A stretch of 63,393 nt of DNA, the filler included, from Stramenopiles sp. TOSAG23-2 (taxonomy: Eukaryota): the NCBI GenBank assembly GCA_900128395.1. It is 3 parts of 3 records of this genome, joined end to end, with 100 filler letters (N's around TTAATTAATTAA, not from the genome) between each part and the next. Parts side by side here need not be neighbours in the genome. Positions count along the whole stretch, not along the records: positions 1 to 21,139 come from LT649542.1; positions 21,240 to 42,311 come from LT649543.1; 1 more part is not named here. The stretch is one strand, 5' to 3'. Under the pieces are notes generated by a model. That model saw only the letters and a program-made list of their open reading frames with translations, ran no database searches and was not told the DNA's origin. Position 1 is the stretch's first letter, and the number at the start of each line of letters is the position of its first letter. This document shows, piece by piece, positions 12,801 through 21,240 of this stretch. Both the position numbers and the translations under genes were made by a program.

Positions 12801-15800
12801 TTGTCATTAAAATTTCGAAAGCGTTGTTGGAAAGAATGGAGTAAACTTTTAAATAGCATGTCAATCGAAAGTACAAAAATTGTGGATTCTTCGTTAAAAG
12901 ATGAAAGTGATAATGCAAATCTTAAGAATGGTAGTGATGACGAGAAGCTAATTTCTGCACCTAAAGCTTCTCGCTTAAGTGTACTAAGAACATTTTTGCC
13001 TCCGTTACCGTTTCATCCGTTGTCTTTGCAGCAATCTGATGTTAAAGAGAAAATCGAAGAAACACAACAAGAGCATATGATTGAAAATACGTTAATACAA
13101 TTTAACAGTCCATCAAACACTGTTATAGTTATCGACCCACGACATTATTATAAACAATGGTGGCACAAAATATTTGATGCGTTTGAATCTGTATCGCATA
13201 TAAAACCTGATTTTGGGAAGTCTATTGATGATTTTAAAATAATTTATATTCCTACACTACCCACAGTAGGAAATGCCACTTGGTATGATAGCACAATTAT
13301 AACTATTGATTCAAACGATCACAGAATTGTAACGGAGGAGTTTATTCATGGATTTGCGACCTCATGCAGCCAGAAAGATTATTTGAAGAAATATCATTCT
13401 ATTTGGGAAGATACTATAATAAAATGGCATAATGAGAAAATACTTGAGCAACGTATTCGTATTTTATGGAACAATACAACAGAAAATTTAGATGTAGGTG
13501 ATTCTTACATAGTTGAATTACTCTCTGCATTAACTGATCTTAATCAACAATATGGGTTTGTTGTAGAAACAAGGACTGACGATATTAATGAATTGCTGCC
13601 GATAGTAACATATGAAAGAAAGCAATTCGAAGAAATTAGCAATTTTACTACAATTGTATTTAACATATTAAGTTCAACTAGAAGCATTAACTCATTTTAT
13701 TATATGGACGTCCAAGCATTTATCGTTGCTGTCAATCCGGCTTTAATTGAGTTATTTAATAATAAGGAGAAATCACAAGATACGGAAATCCCAACAGTTG
13801 TTCAGGCAATCTTCAAACATTTGAATTTATTTATACATTCTAATGACGAAATCATGCTATATTTAATGATTTGGTATGCACAAGAGGTATATTTTAATGG
13901 TACAGAAGACATCATTGCAAACGAAACTTGGGTATACCTTATATCGAAAATAGAAAATTCAAGGAAAAGTGCAATAAAGAGTGGCATGCGAAGTAGCCTG
14001 CTAAAGACCAAACATAAAAAAATGGACGTTTTAAAGTCAGTTCGTGGCAATAAGAAAAAATTGGAGAGCTTGAAAGAGTGGTTTCCGGAGGAAATGTGGC
14101 AAATTGTTATTGAATTGTCCCATTCTTTACGAGAATTTTATCATTTTCCGCAAAGTATGTTGAATAATGATATTACCAGGTTGAAAAATGGACAAGAACT
14201 AAGTTGGAAATCTTGGTGGATTGAATGCAATTCAATCATTAAAAACGAGGCATATGAACACATCGGTACTCAGCTATTTCACCTTGATATGCCATTGATT
14301 CCTTCCTTAAAAAGTACAGCAATTACACGCTTAGTGATTTACAATGCTTTTTTCCCACAAGCAACTGTCCATTTATTACAAGCTACTTTTGAAAATAATC
14401 AAACGTTTCAAAAAATCTTGAAATGGAAAAATTCCCGTTACACACTCACAAGGAATAAGAAATTAGTTGACTTTCTTGTAAACACGCCAAGTTTCAAACA
14501 CCATACATATTCCATATCTTGCGCAACTAGTACAAATTTAGTCTTGAATATTCTTGATGCAGCATTACTGTCGGGCGTGAAATTTGAAAGTTCGAATGCA
14601 GGAAAAGGTGGCATTAAATTTCTTTCAAGTAGTGCAATCGGGTTTCCACAAAACAGTAACATCTTACGCAATGCAATGTCAGATGGCGGGTGGATAGTGC
14701 TGATGCGACCGGATATGGAAAACATGAAATGGATAAACAGTTTGCAAGCTTTTATACGATCATGCGGAAGAGCCAGATCCGTCCATCAAAAGTTTAAATT
14801 AATATTGCTATTTAATTTTGATGCTGGAATCGGTAGCGTGCCCGAAGATATGATTGCAAATACAAGTAGATTTTTGCTTGAACCAATCAAAGACGTTTAT
14901 GGATATATTATAGAACTCTGTAATGCCCAAGATTGGTCTCATTTATCTTTAGAAGATAGAATTGTTCAATTTACCATTGCATTTTGTACTGGTATGATGT
15001 ACAAGCGCAGTAAAGCCGGTTCATTATTTCGCAGTAGTGATTATGAAATTAATGATTCTCATTACTCTAGAATTTTAACTTTGTTAAATGATCCGAAGAT
15101 ACAAGCAGCAATATCAAGAGTTATTGGAATTGTTAAAAAGGTTGACGATGAGATGGAAGGCAAAGAAATATTGAAAGCAGAATTACTACATATGGTGGAG
15201 CGAATGTGTCTTCTCGGGTCATTTGAACTGAGTGAAAATAAGATTATACGGCGCACTTTGGACCATGTTTGCTCCGCATTACCATTCTTTAGATCAGATT
15301 TTGGTGGAAAGGACTCTATCTCAAAATATGCAGTGGAAGATACTCCTAAGTTAAGAACAGTTATTCGTTCGACAAGCCAGGCTATGTCATATGCTTCTAC
15401 GTTGGGTCAAAATTGGTTTTCAAACGCAGGCTTTGAAGGAAATTCGCGAGATGTTATATTTTTTTATATGTTGCGTCGATGGAATGCAGCAAAAAAATCC
15501 TTACAAAAATGTCACACTAAACAAACATTTGAATTAGAAGGGGAAATTTCTGCCAATATTGGTAAAGGTCTCAATCAATTTGGGGAATTTTTGAACAGAA
15601 TTTTGTCATTCGTTTTGAAATATGCAAAGCTACTTAATAATGTTGTAATCAAGTCAACTCTGACTGTTGCTGAAAATGTTGTGCTAAATGAAGAGATAAA
15701 CATACATCGTTATCTCTTAACGTCATTGCAAAAACAGATTGAGTTCTGTCTATTAAAATATGATAGAGGGGAAGAAGATGAAAGTGAAGAATTAAAATCG

Positions 15801-16664
15801 TTAAATAAAATAATTGGTAGTATTGCTGATAACGAAAGTGGTTCTGCTGGTAATGCATCGATAAAAATTAATAATACTGTAGAAGAAGAAAGAGGGAAAC
15901 CGCATTATGATATTGATACAATGAATGCAAAACTAGTTATGTCGAGCTTAAAGAATAACATTGTCCCAACATCATGGAATTCATGTTTTAAAGCTAAGGA
16001 ACCAATGGAATGGATCAAGCAACTTGGAAAACGTATCCGCTACTTTAAGAAATGGGCAACGTCTGGGACGCCATTAAAACATTCATTACCAATGTTTTCG
16101 TCTCCTCATAATGTGTTTTTTATAGTAAAGTATGCATTTGCAAGACAACAACAATTGCCACTAAGCGCGGTAGTTCTGGTTTCAGAACATTTAGCAAATG
16201 GTTTGTACAAGCGAAATAGTCGCTCTTCGCAAAGTTACACAAAAACAAAAATTTGTGTTGAAGGCTTATATGCACAAGGTATAGAAATCGACGAGGAAGG
16301 CAAAATTTTAATTTCACAACAAACACCACTTTTAGTAAAAGCACCAGCTATGAATATTTATGCATTTGATAGAAACAATTTGAAAGGTGATGATTTTTTA
16401 ACAGCCAAAGATTGTCCTATTTTTGGTCACTTAACATCCACAAATGATGATGAAAACGCTGATGCACTATGGTTCAACTGTCGTAGGGAACGCTTAAATC
16501 ACGTTGTGGACCTATATTTAGGTCCATTTGTAGATGAAAATAAAGAAATTGTATTTGTAGATCTTAATGATAACGTTGGGGGAGGAGGTAATATTAGTAC
16601 TGTGGGTGACCAAGCTACTACCATTTTAGATGTTGTTTTGTATTGTTCTGCTGTAGAAGAGTAA
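3897..16664 (+). CDS. Divergent dynein heavy chain-like protein (4255 aa) with degenerate ATPase motifs
   Basis: Uninterrupted 12.8-kb ORF with dynein landmarks in the correct order: LRHPGMRHRHWQKI and KRMAYPRLYLLSQED (tail/linker), ENEFIGGYSRAIITPLTYRC (AAA1 entry), GQIHSGKT and SWIVFDG (AAA2), IVVIDDVNVP (AAA3), stalk coiled coils, LGDIILTAAFVVFAGP (post-stalk), and NNIVPTSW (C-terminal domain). Confidence 0.9.
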   Translation: MQQDTKVPPDTSSRIIKGYISSLNNEEEEREQAERSIAMLENAIKQVSSISNPLNPSFAVPAKPETARDRSRKRRGESLREKNSRLLKPKAPAKIPLFSRLHTVNKINDKNFLLNEKERKQVLARKAEIVKARFTSKGSFNVRPTQVAPPIPVYVPPKNAKKSVRMAELRYTKKRRKRPKPSPMGAPIKHSIIITPTISERIGMYYGSTMLSPRTLSALAKINGEKAKEKKFRCLLKPFPNVVKQDVGRLSVTKHRNILCSVYELEDVLWNDYELHYSRSIGDKVIHLPSGKLCVIKHLKPRHRRYILEHVQDNKPNIKADIANANIVQFSAKRTETLPISDDNRTMFLAICKNIKEQQDFHLKRALLMQYDEWVHQHLKKINQLPSYPFVKFEKNKEVESIGLNAIRQSHPLYLNAKHHILQDKASYSGLTNIINNNVTDSMDNMTFNETRNKIKIQHIFSVHHASELILSIFDSFPPDHLFKSRNMSELPCNARRYRSQETARRNLIIAKLDNKWRRNIIKQICSIHDLLGFDLKRFSSEEEYNKSFTKRLIRRVELQMVQVLRFHFEQWAADFVSHMYLFHKLRHPYFKVQVNVGYKKNNVTEKTQFSGASLNPFIVPTLTDLEWPFVQIAALADDIRSRITPLRGSICPLLPYEGRPLYDPLSVYSHVPMLHKKLCLLFDKTKIAVENVLVKYTYDFETMDNSYHAYDLLENRIKFTTVNSYTDQTLFINTAGAKTFLHVQIKAKRENHLEKDNLKVEKLMKSALIELKDALELIARVPSTPEEWAEQMAFRRNRHQFARRINVNVIQVVLQKISQLELFFLRFPRDVYKVLYSIQEHNVQVFNGARDMEQMLAKTGKKLSSEFRKQQGAYRKKIEILTENLLAYEENTNMELALDFVDDLEQLGDKITVMLKQRETMIFHQKQLEIEIKAKDKFLQLDHLCNEHKIFSTLWKVGGEWSTFSENWIHGEFNRVNVIEVKEKLEEWTPLIVWLLAEPLKERKTPRSVANRLRLLLHGFKKHVPNLERLRHPGMRHRHWQKIGLRPETFQEILDAKIETSLIIKVNHVADEEYKLEMEVDKMQKDYKKDPIFKFDSMQNILDMIQVTSLRVKVILQSPYSEPHELEFYEWLHELEETKHFSSIWKSIHDQWNRLKFLQTDKSFETLCTKAHAHLLKLSQTLSLQLEHISNKSMVKVATDDNINNASAMIKILNRVGLQTDLYIKEKRMAYPRLYLLSQEDTLAALRNETDVMIKLFGNGTLKYCNENEMISIHGQSILLEKCIEERKIEENQLLEQAKAKLKAMEKAKKIQEKSGKSPPIVEYEPETIPILKIIELRMKYSYQRDLRYMIKHIERDEYKNINIKTANIYMIQQALHICWTSSMENIMSLKDGSRILDKLKHHLKHISDQIDVLIPSYKSATNSTHATSNLLLLLIEVRDKIDHVIKKHIRTIDSFGWYSLVRTYLSSSDKSAAITKVGSSEIKHENEFIGGYSRAIITPLTYRCIQAMYMSSVGMLHGAILQGANQLGNYRDGIVFDMAAYLGKIYVPLYCTPLMDSNEIIRIMKGIVSLGAWALFKSPRKFSVNVTQTIATIVSHVQIAYQESVENIYVGKQEVQFCKPTFFFVTRGSGKSTLPMTQGYTPIQFSRPNFGLVSELLLVTYGFKDARILSLKLVACLVAYGLEPQVQKVVERSATLLNDALKSGSKNSIGDSKEIDEGAIISAALKSFVPSSSAFVIDYFGGSMVIDKVQSTQKKVNFTEEINRVATLLNSTVGYERSMLVSGQIHSGKTLAIKKTIGENGRVLPVYIDSYISIEDLWGGMVTSSRSTKKKQEFVWSNGIIAKVMKQLSEINDHEEAGKEDNSSKKSWIVFDGVLTPDFTDAVETLLRQKPRMFPSPVNDNFYLSKTTEIVFETVTIESCSPSFVTNCTSINIRDTTIYWPAIFTLIKFKRTDNVLKTYLDKCKLFFFNEQHEASAHYVILRTVTTMKNIMNSLQNVILSQNKVKSTSKKKIPEIVIFFASIWSFGVEALIGGFKELTKIDSFFNDMAKEMHISFPKRCGIFDIQIDLNTNLFTPWTTTQNVKTLKGLQIRRLNYISSMLLQNKVNVCVVDPGAVNVSKLEPELTNELMKIDITAFSTQNTPCSFHKKILPLLEKESSNRYRPKKLDTTLIVVIDDVNVPSKNNLKHIEHSRCYADYSGWWFPNGNWCKVDNVVFSISCPSKKINSKGNNTQCNRLLKNYALLLNEQVILESAILNTFQAKLVKLCMNAKASDEVRNLSKTIAGVSDKLHRAVNHAFEKQTSTTIFTNEVFNRIYYSFEVVDHENFTTPLNYISLWHHSVQHVYGDHLALHRDRKLLRETIEAVIQKELPEYSASLSQRQLCYYEPILYRRNKWEEGLSFAESWKEMGIAGNDGQPGLHEQFVKEVLKISRVIRSKRLCPLVIFGDDRTALCKLVGSSSKILGFKTEIIEMRSLLRDDVKSQNNTILIVGNCSWGTMTKQAFDGGPSTISVILSKQDVLKTNARIVYIVQSSDKHACKYWRDHGMSFASMISTSQPPSSFLMKSMNNLMEDTDDRSAAIPSLTSIYRQISNVWQINFGIPCIPRQLEDCVRLVSTLITNYRKNTILVAEDYKRNEEKIINLMNNMEKNDERIKGIELDIKHFHKKIDGENHKIYKYEDRLKVTEKDTEDYAGKLDQLAQTEIVLVESTSSNLKTLFNSYKNILLSMDGDEEGREALVKFLNKGKSKKSKKKKASKKPASSSAKILFQGLVYIFGKSVKAKDAFKKMKALIKMKTASKEGISVKLIPSSMDEQTIRLFSAFVDTAEFNELLMDENNGQIVVSCAHWIKEVNKMIQLKSNFETKKAQLTKRMLDANTNKAKLENESSNLRAKIEVGRNNVQKFSNERDKLQEKVARSSIDTEDCNSILERMQSYRKKWADHMERHERFSKTWLGDIILTAAFVVFAGPLSLKFRKRCWKEWSKLLNSMSIESTKIVDSSLKDESDNANLKNGSDDEKLISAPKASRLSVLRTFLPPLPFHPLSLQQSDVKEKIEETQQEHMIENTLIQFNSPSNTVIVIDPRHYYKQWWHKIFDAFESVSHIKPDFGKSIDDFKIIYIPTLPTVGNATWYDSTIITIDSNDHRIVTEEFIHGFATSCSQKDYLKKYHSIWEDTIIKWHNEKILEQRIRILWNNTTENLDVGDSYIVELLSALTDLNQQYGFVVETRTDDINELLPIVTYERKQFEEISNFTTIVFNILSSTRSINSFYYMDVQAFIVAVNPALIELFNNKEKSQDTEIPTVVQAIFKHLNLFIHSNDEIMLYLMIWYAQEVYFNGTEDIIANETWVYLISKIENSRKSAIKSGMRSSLLKTKHKKMDVLKSVRGNKKKLESLKEWFPEEMWQIVIELSHSLREFYHFPQSMLNNDITRLKNGQELSWKSWWIECNSIIKNEAYEHIGTQLFHLDMPLIPSLKSTAITRLVIYNAFFPQATVHLLQATFENNQTFQKILKWKNSRYTLTRNKKLVDFLVNTPSFKHHTYSISCATSTNLVLNILDAALLSGVKFESSNAGKGGIKFLSSSAIGFPQNSNILRNAMSDGGWIVLMRPDMENMKWINSLQAFIRSCGRARSVHQKFKLILLFNFDAGIGSVPEDMIANTSRFLLEPIKDVYGYIIELCNAQDWSHLSLEDRIVQFTIAFCTGMMYKRSKAGSLFRSSDYEINDSHYSRILTLLNDPKIQAAISRVIGIVKKVDDEMEGKEILKAELLHMVERMCLLGSFELSENKIIRRTLDHVCSALPFFRSDFGGKDSISKYAVEDTPKLRTVIRSTSQAMSYASTLGQNWFSNAGFEGNSRDVIFFYMLRRWNAAKKSLQKCHTKQTFELEGEISANIGKGLNQFGEFLNRILSFVLKYAKLLNNVVIKSTLTVAENVVLNEEINIHRYLLTSLQKQIEFCLLKYDRGEEDESEELKSLNKIIGSIADNESGSAGNASIKINNTVEEERGKPHYDIDTMNAKLVMSSLKNNIVPTSWNSCFKAKEPMEWIKQLGKRIRYFKKWATSGTPLKHSLPMFSSPHNVFFIVKYAFARQQQLPLSAVVLVSEHLANGLYKRNSRSSQSYTKTKICVEGLYAQGIEIDEEGKILISQQTPLLVKAPAMNIYAFDRNNLKGDDFLTAKDCPIFGHLTSTNDDENADALWFNCRRERLNHVVDLYLGPFVDENKEIVFVDLNDNVGGGGNISTVGDQATTILDVVLYCSAVEE

Positions 16665-16980
16665 AGGAAATATATATATATTTGCGAACTTTCTCGTATG
16701 ATTGATACGTAAATATGCATAATGCACTATATATATTTAAAAATAATTCTCTTATTTTAATATATATATTAATATATTATAAAAAATTCTCTTATTCTAA
16801 ATATATATGGATTTATAACAAGTGTAAACTTCTTTTAGATATGATATTACGGTTGTATGATAAGATATAAATAACAAAGGTAATGATATTCATATCATTA
16901 TCAGATATTATACCGTATGTATGATATCTATGAACATCATTAGGGGTATATAATATATATATTATAATTACCGGGATTCA

Positions 16981-18347
16981 TTACGAAGCTTCAACATTGC
17001 CACAATTCCCAGAAACCGGTCCCCAACCAATTTGCTTTTTTGCTAAATCAAATACAAGATAATAATTTCTCATGGTTGTATCACCAATAATAAAACCAGA
17101 TCCACCTGCTGAACCACCATCTCTTATTCCTAAACAATATTGATCACTCTTCGTAGCAAGAGGTGAGCCTAACAAAAGATAATCTTTGGAACTCATCTCT
17201 AATTTAGTACCATCCAAATTCATAGTTAGTGATGGATATGCATCTACCTCTTCCTTTGTTAGTTCAACACATTCATTTTTCCAAAGGGCATCACATTGGG
17301 ATAAAGATGAATCGGAGCACATAGATGATTGAAGGGAATTCATAACATTTGTAGGTGCCAATAAAATATTTGTTCCAGTATCCAATATTGCTGCACTGTT
17401 TACTGGAATGTCATTACTTAATGGAGCCATCAATTGCTTTTTCTCCTTGCCAATATGACTTTTACTTGTTGTTAATGTGATTGATTCTACTTGTACACTA
17501 TGAAAACCAAATCCAACATCTGGCACATAATTTACTTTGCCTCCAACACTTAAACGTTCATCAACACCACCAATTGTAATTGTTCCATTGCTTTTGCTTC
17601 CCTCTTTCATGCAAATTGCCCATACATTATCACATTTTCCAGCTGCAACTAGCGATGCAAATACATCCTCATCTCCTCCACTTGTAAAACCCATGACACC
17701 GCCCTGTATATGGAGCGTAGCGTATGAATAAGTGATGTGTTAGAGAGGAAGTAGACGTCAGGCAGATGATGCAACAGAGAAGATAGGGGGGTTCATAGAA
17801 TTTTACTTACAATAATTTTAAATTGATCAAAATTAGTTGTTTGCTTTTCAATAGATCCAACTTTCACAGTTGTCGGTCCTACTCCTGCCAAGGTAACTTG
17901 GTCATTGTATACTTTTCCAGATATCGTGCATACCGCTGTTGGATTTTTTAAATCACATGTTTGATACGAATTGGAAAAAACGTATGGGAATACTGCTTTT
18001 GCACTTTTACTTTGTGTATGATCATATGGTTTATTTGGAGGAGCTGTAGGACATCCATCACAATTTTTACCAGAAATATCTAAATCACCACTACCAGAAT
18101 CAATTGCTACTGGAAAATCAACTGGCGGTGTCCCAACTTGCACAGTAGTCCAGTATATGGCTGTTGGCCAAACAGAGCCGCCAGCCGGAATAGACGATCC
18201 ATTTGTAAGTATTGAATGGATACGTGACGTTGGTCCTGAAGGATACATATGTGTATGTAGATGCATATTTGAAAAAGATGATGCTACAACATCTAATCTT
18301 GCAATTGTCATAAATAATATGAGAAATAAACTTGATGAAATTTTCAT
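16981..18347 (-). CDS. Secreted/lysosomal pepsin-family (A1) aspartic protease, 2 exons (18347-17811, 17703-16981), 419 aa
   Basis: Signal-peptide-like N-terminus; catalytic VAIDSGS and AILDTGT; C-terminal IIGDTTMRNYYLVFD. Removing the 107-bp phase-0 intron 17810-17704 (GTAAGT...TACAG) gives ...FKII-GGVMGF... in frame. Confidence 0.93.
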
Positions 18348-18900
18348 GATGGGTGATTTTAATTCTTATATTTCTTGTAAATATATTTGTGTTGCTGTTG
18401 TACGTATGTGTATCTTGTATTATCTCTCTATATATAGTATTATACAAATATATATATATGTATTTTGATCCATTCATTTATTTCAATTTATATTCGGTAC
18501 AGGTATAATATTTATTCAAGCCAGCAAGAGGATTTAGCTGGTTATTATATAATATTTATTAGATTTTCTTCTTTGTGCACCTTTCTGCACTTCTCGGGTG
18601 CCTGCTGGCCTTAGCTGGCCTGCTGGGCCTGGCCTAATACAACTTGTATATTATTATCTTCTCCCTGGTATACGGAATACCAGAATACCTGGACTGTAAT
18701 AGCATGTACGAGTATAATATAATACAAAACAAACAATATAAATAAATTATATTGATTTTTACAAAAAGAATTTACACAATTTTTAAAATGACATTTACCA
18801 GGTACCTATAAGTATCCAGGGATTACCAGGATTACAGAAAATAATATGAAAGATATGAGGAAGCATAGTACTTATTATTAAGAAAACTTTTGGAGTAAAT

Positions 18901-19977
18901 CTAATAATTATTCCATATGAATTCTATCAAATTTTCTTGAACTATCCATAAAATTACAGTATGCGGTGTCAATCGTACCAATGTTGGGACTAAACCTTTA
19001 TATAAACCACGTATGCCTTCAATTTTTAATATTTTTACAATACAATCAATTGGGCCATTATAGACAATATTTTTATTGTTCATCACTGCTGATGATGTTG
19101 TCGATGAAATATTTTTTACATTATTATGTATTATATTATCATTTTTCTGTTGTTGTTTTTTCATATTTACAAGTCTTGTTTTTACAACATCCACTGGTGC
19201 AGTTACTAATGATGCAGCTGTAGCAGAAAATAAACTTGAAATAAAATGTAAGGAAAAATCGTTTTGTTTTAAATTCAATAATTTGGAAAAACTTTGTTTT
19301 GCAAAATAATACGATGGAATTTGTGTTGATGTAATTAATGTTGCTCGTAAAATATTCGGGGTACAGCCAATCCACAATGATTTGATTTTTTCATGTTGAA
19401 TTATTTTTTTAATACCATTAAATGCATTTGAATATCCGCGTCTTTGATGTTTTGGCCAATGATTATCTGCTTGCATACGTATAAGTACAACATCACTTGG
19501 ATTCGATATTAAAGCAGCACTCCCACCAGCAATTATACCACACGTAATTTTAGTCATTAATGAAAGATTTGATGATGGATGTGGTGGTCGTTTCTTATCG
19601 TTAATTAGATTAGTATTATTGTTATTATTGTTATTATTATTATATTGTTGTCCTAAATATAAGCACAGTGTTGCATAGCCACCATGGCGTAATGTGCTAA
19701 ATGTGCTTTGTCGTAAACAGGAGGCTGATATACCGTTATATAAACCTGAGAAAAACCCTTCTTTATTTACAATAGTTATCGCATCTTGAAACATAGCCCG
19801 AAGACCTTGTTTATGTTTTATACATGACAATTCACCTTTCAATTGGCTTCTAACTTTTAATGTGTCCAACGGATGTGAAAATAGACATGCTGTTACATCC
19901 CCAGCACCACCAGCAATGAAATAAAAATGCAATGGTATGCGTGTGTTGGGTGAAGTTTGCCGTTGATGTCCCGGCAT
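18901..19977 (-). CDS. Mitochondrial carrier (SLC25), dicarboxylate/oxoglutarate/UCP-like
   Basis: Three Px[DE]xx[KR]x[RK]-type signatures (PLDTLKVR, PSDVVLIRMQAD, PVDVVKTR), plus LRQSTFSTLR and EGIRGLYKG. Confidence 0.93.
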   Translation of the reverse strand: MPGHQRQTSPNTRIPLHFYFIAGGAGDVTACLFSHPLDTLKVRSQLKGELSCIKHKQGLRAMFQDAITIVNKEGFFSGLYNGISASCLRQSTFSTLRHGGYATLCLYLGQQYNNNNNNNNNTNLINDKKRPPHPSSNLSLMTKITCGIIAGGSAALISNPSDVVLIRMQADNHWPKHQRRGYSNAFNGIKKIIQHEKIKSLWIGCTPNILRATLITSTQIPSYYFAKQSFSKLLNLKQNDFSLHFISSLFSATAASLVTAPVDVVKTRLVNMKKQQQKNDNIIHNNVKNISSTTSSAVMNNKNIVYNGPIDCIVKILKIEGIRGLYKGLVPTLVRLTPHTVILWIVQENLIEFIWNNY

Positions 19978-20281
19978 GTGATGAAAGTAGTGCTTAATCT
20001 ACACTCTTAAATTGTTTGACTTGATTCCTTTTCTTTGTTTTGCGAGCTAAATCTTAATTTTTAAAAATAATACCAAAAGTTGAGGCTCTTATATGAAAAA
20101 TGAAAATTACTACTACCTATACCCGTATTAGTGCACTACCACTGGTGGTAGTCCAATAGATTATATATTCTAATTATAATAATATTATTCTAATTATTGC
20201 TATTATTAAAAAAATACCAGGTACAGTATAGTGCTAAGCTTATATAAAAAAAAAGATGATGAATGTAAATTAAATCACTTT

Positions 20282-20552
20282 TAGGTACAGATTTCTTCTT
20301 TCGCAGGTACAGCCATCTGTACCCATTTAGGTTTTTAAACGCTTCAAGACGTAATGTTATTTAATGCTATTCCATTTTTTAAACGATTTAAAATCTAAAT
20401 AGGTACAGATGGCTGTACCTACTTCTTTGAAAAAACTGTACCTATTTAAATTTAAGACGTAATGTTATTTAATGCTATTCCATTTTTTAAACGATTTAAA
20501 ATCTAAATAGGTACAGATGGCTGTACCTACTTCTTTGAAAAAACTGTACCTA
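20282..20552. mobile_element. Small MITE-like inverted-repeat element with a duplicated right arm
   Basis: TA|GGTACAG at 20282 pairs with CTGTACC|TA ending at 20444 (second copy ends 20552). Inner arms 20305-20341 and 20384-20420 are near-perfect reverse complements. Exact 108-bp tandem duplication with units starting at 20346 and 20454. Confidence 0.65.
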
Positions 20553-21139
20553 TTTAAATTTTTTAAACATGTGTCCCTATCTCTAAAAAATAGAACGTAT
20601 CATAATGTAGGTTTATATGAATAAGGGTGTATATTATAACTTAATTTTAAGAATAAACATAATACTACCAATCAACATTACAACCATCAAATTCACAATT
20701 GCTCGGTTCATCACCAACATTACGAGCTCGTTGATGGCTTGATGGTGGTATTACCTGCTGTGTGGTGGCTTTCCATCATCATGGCATTTTGGTGATAAAA
20801 ATATTTAAAATAGCATTAAATAACCTTGTGTATGGAGTTTTATTAATGGAAATCAATGTTTAAACAGAAAATTTGGGAATGCATTTATTCAATAGTGAAT
20901 AGTGAATAGTCATAATATTTTATAACGTATTATTATAGGATTTTTATCATCAACATTCTGTAATATTTTCATCACCAAAGCACCACCAAATATTAACTAT
21001 TTTGCCAATAGTAATCCATTACATTTATAATTTACCAACTTCAGGATCAGACCAAATGCCTCAAACCACCAAACAAATGGACACCAGTTGCCACACGATA
21101 TCTAGGCATTTTTACAAATTTTCATACCAACGGGGGCAC

Positions 21140-21239
21140 NNNNNNNNNNNNNNNNNNNNNNNNNNNNNNNNNNNNNNNNNNNNTTAATTAATTAANNNNN
21201 NNNNNNNNNNNNNNNNNNNNNNNNNNNNNNNNNNNNNNN
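21140..21239. other. Artificial contig spacer (N44 + TTAATTAATTAA + N44)
   Basis: N-run containing a 12-mer at 21184-21195 that has stops in all six frames; identical in structure to 42312-42411. Confidence 0.97.
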
Positions 21240-21240
21240 G

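Noticed and set aside
21184-21195. TTAATTAATTAA palindrome inside N runs (also 42356-42367)
   Set aside because: Synthetic six-frame-stop spacer used to join contigs; not biological. Gene neighbourhoods across it cannot be interpreted.
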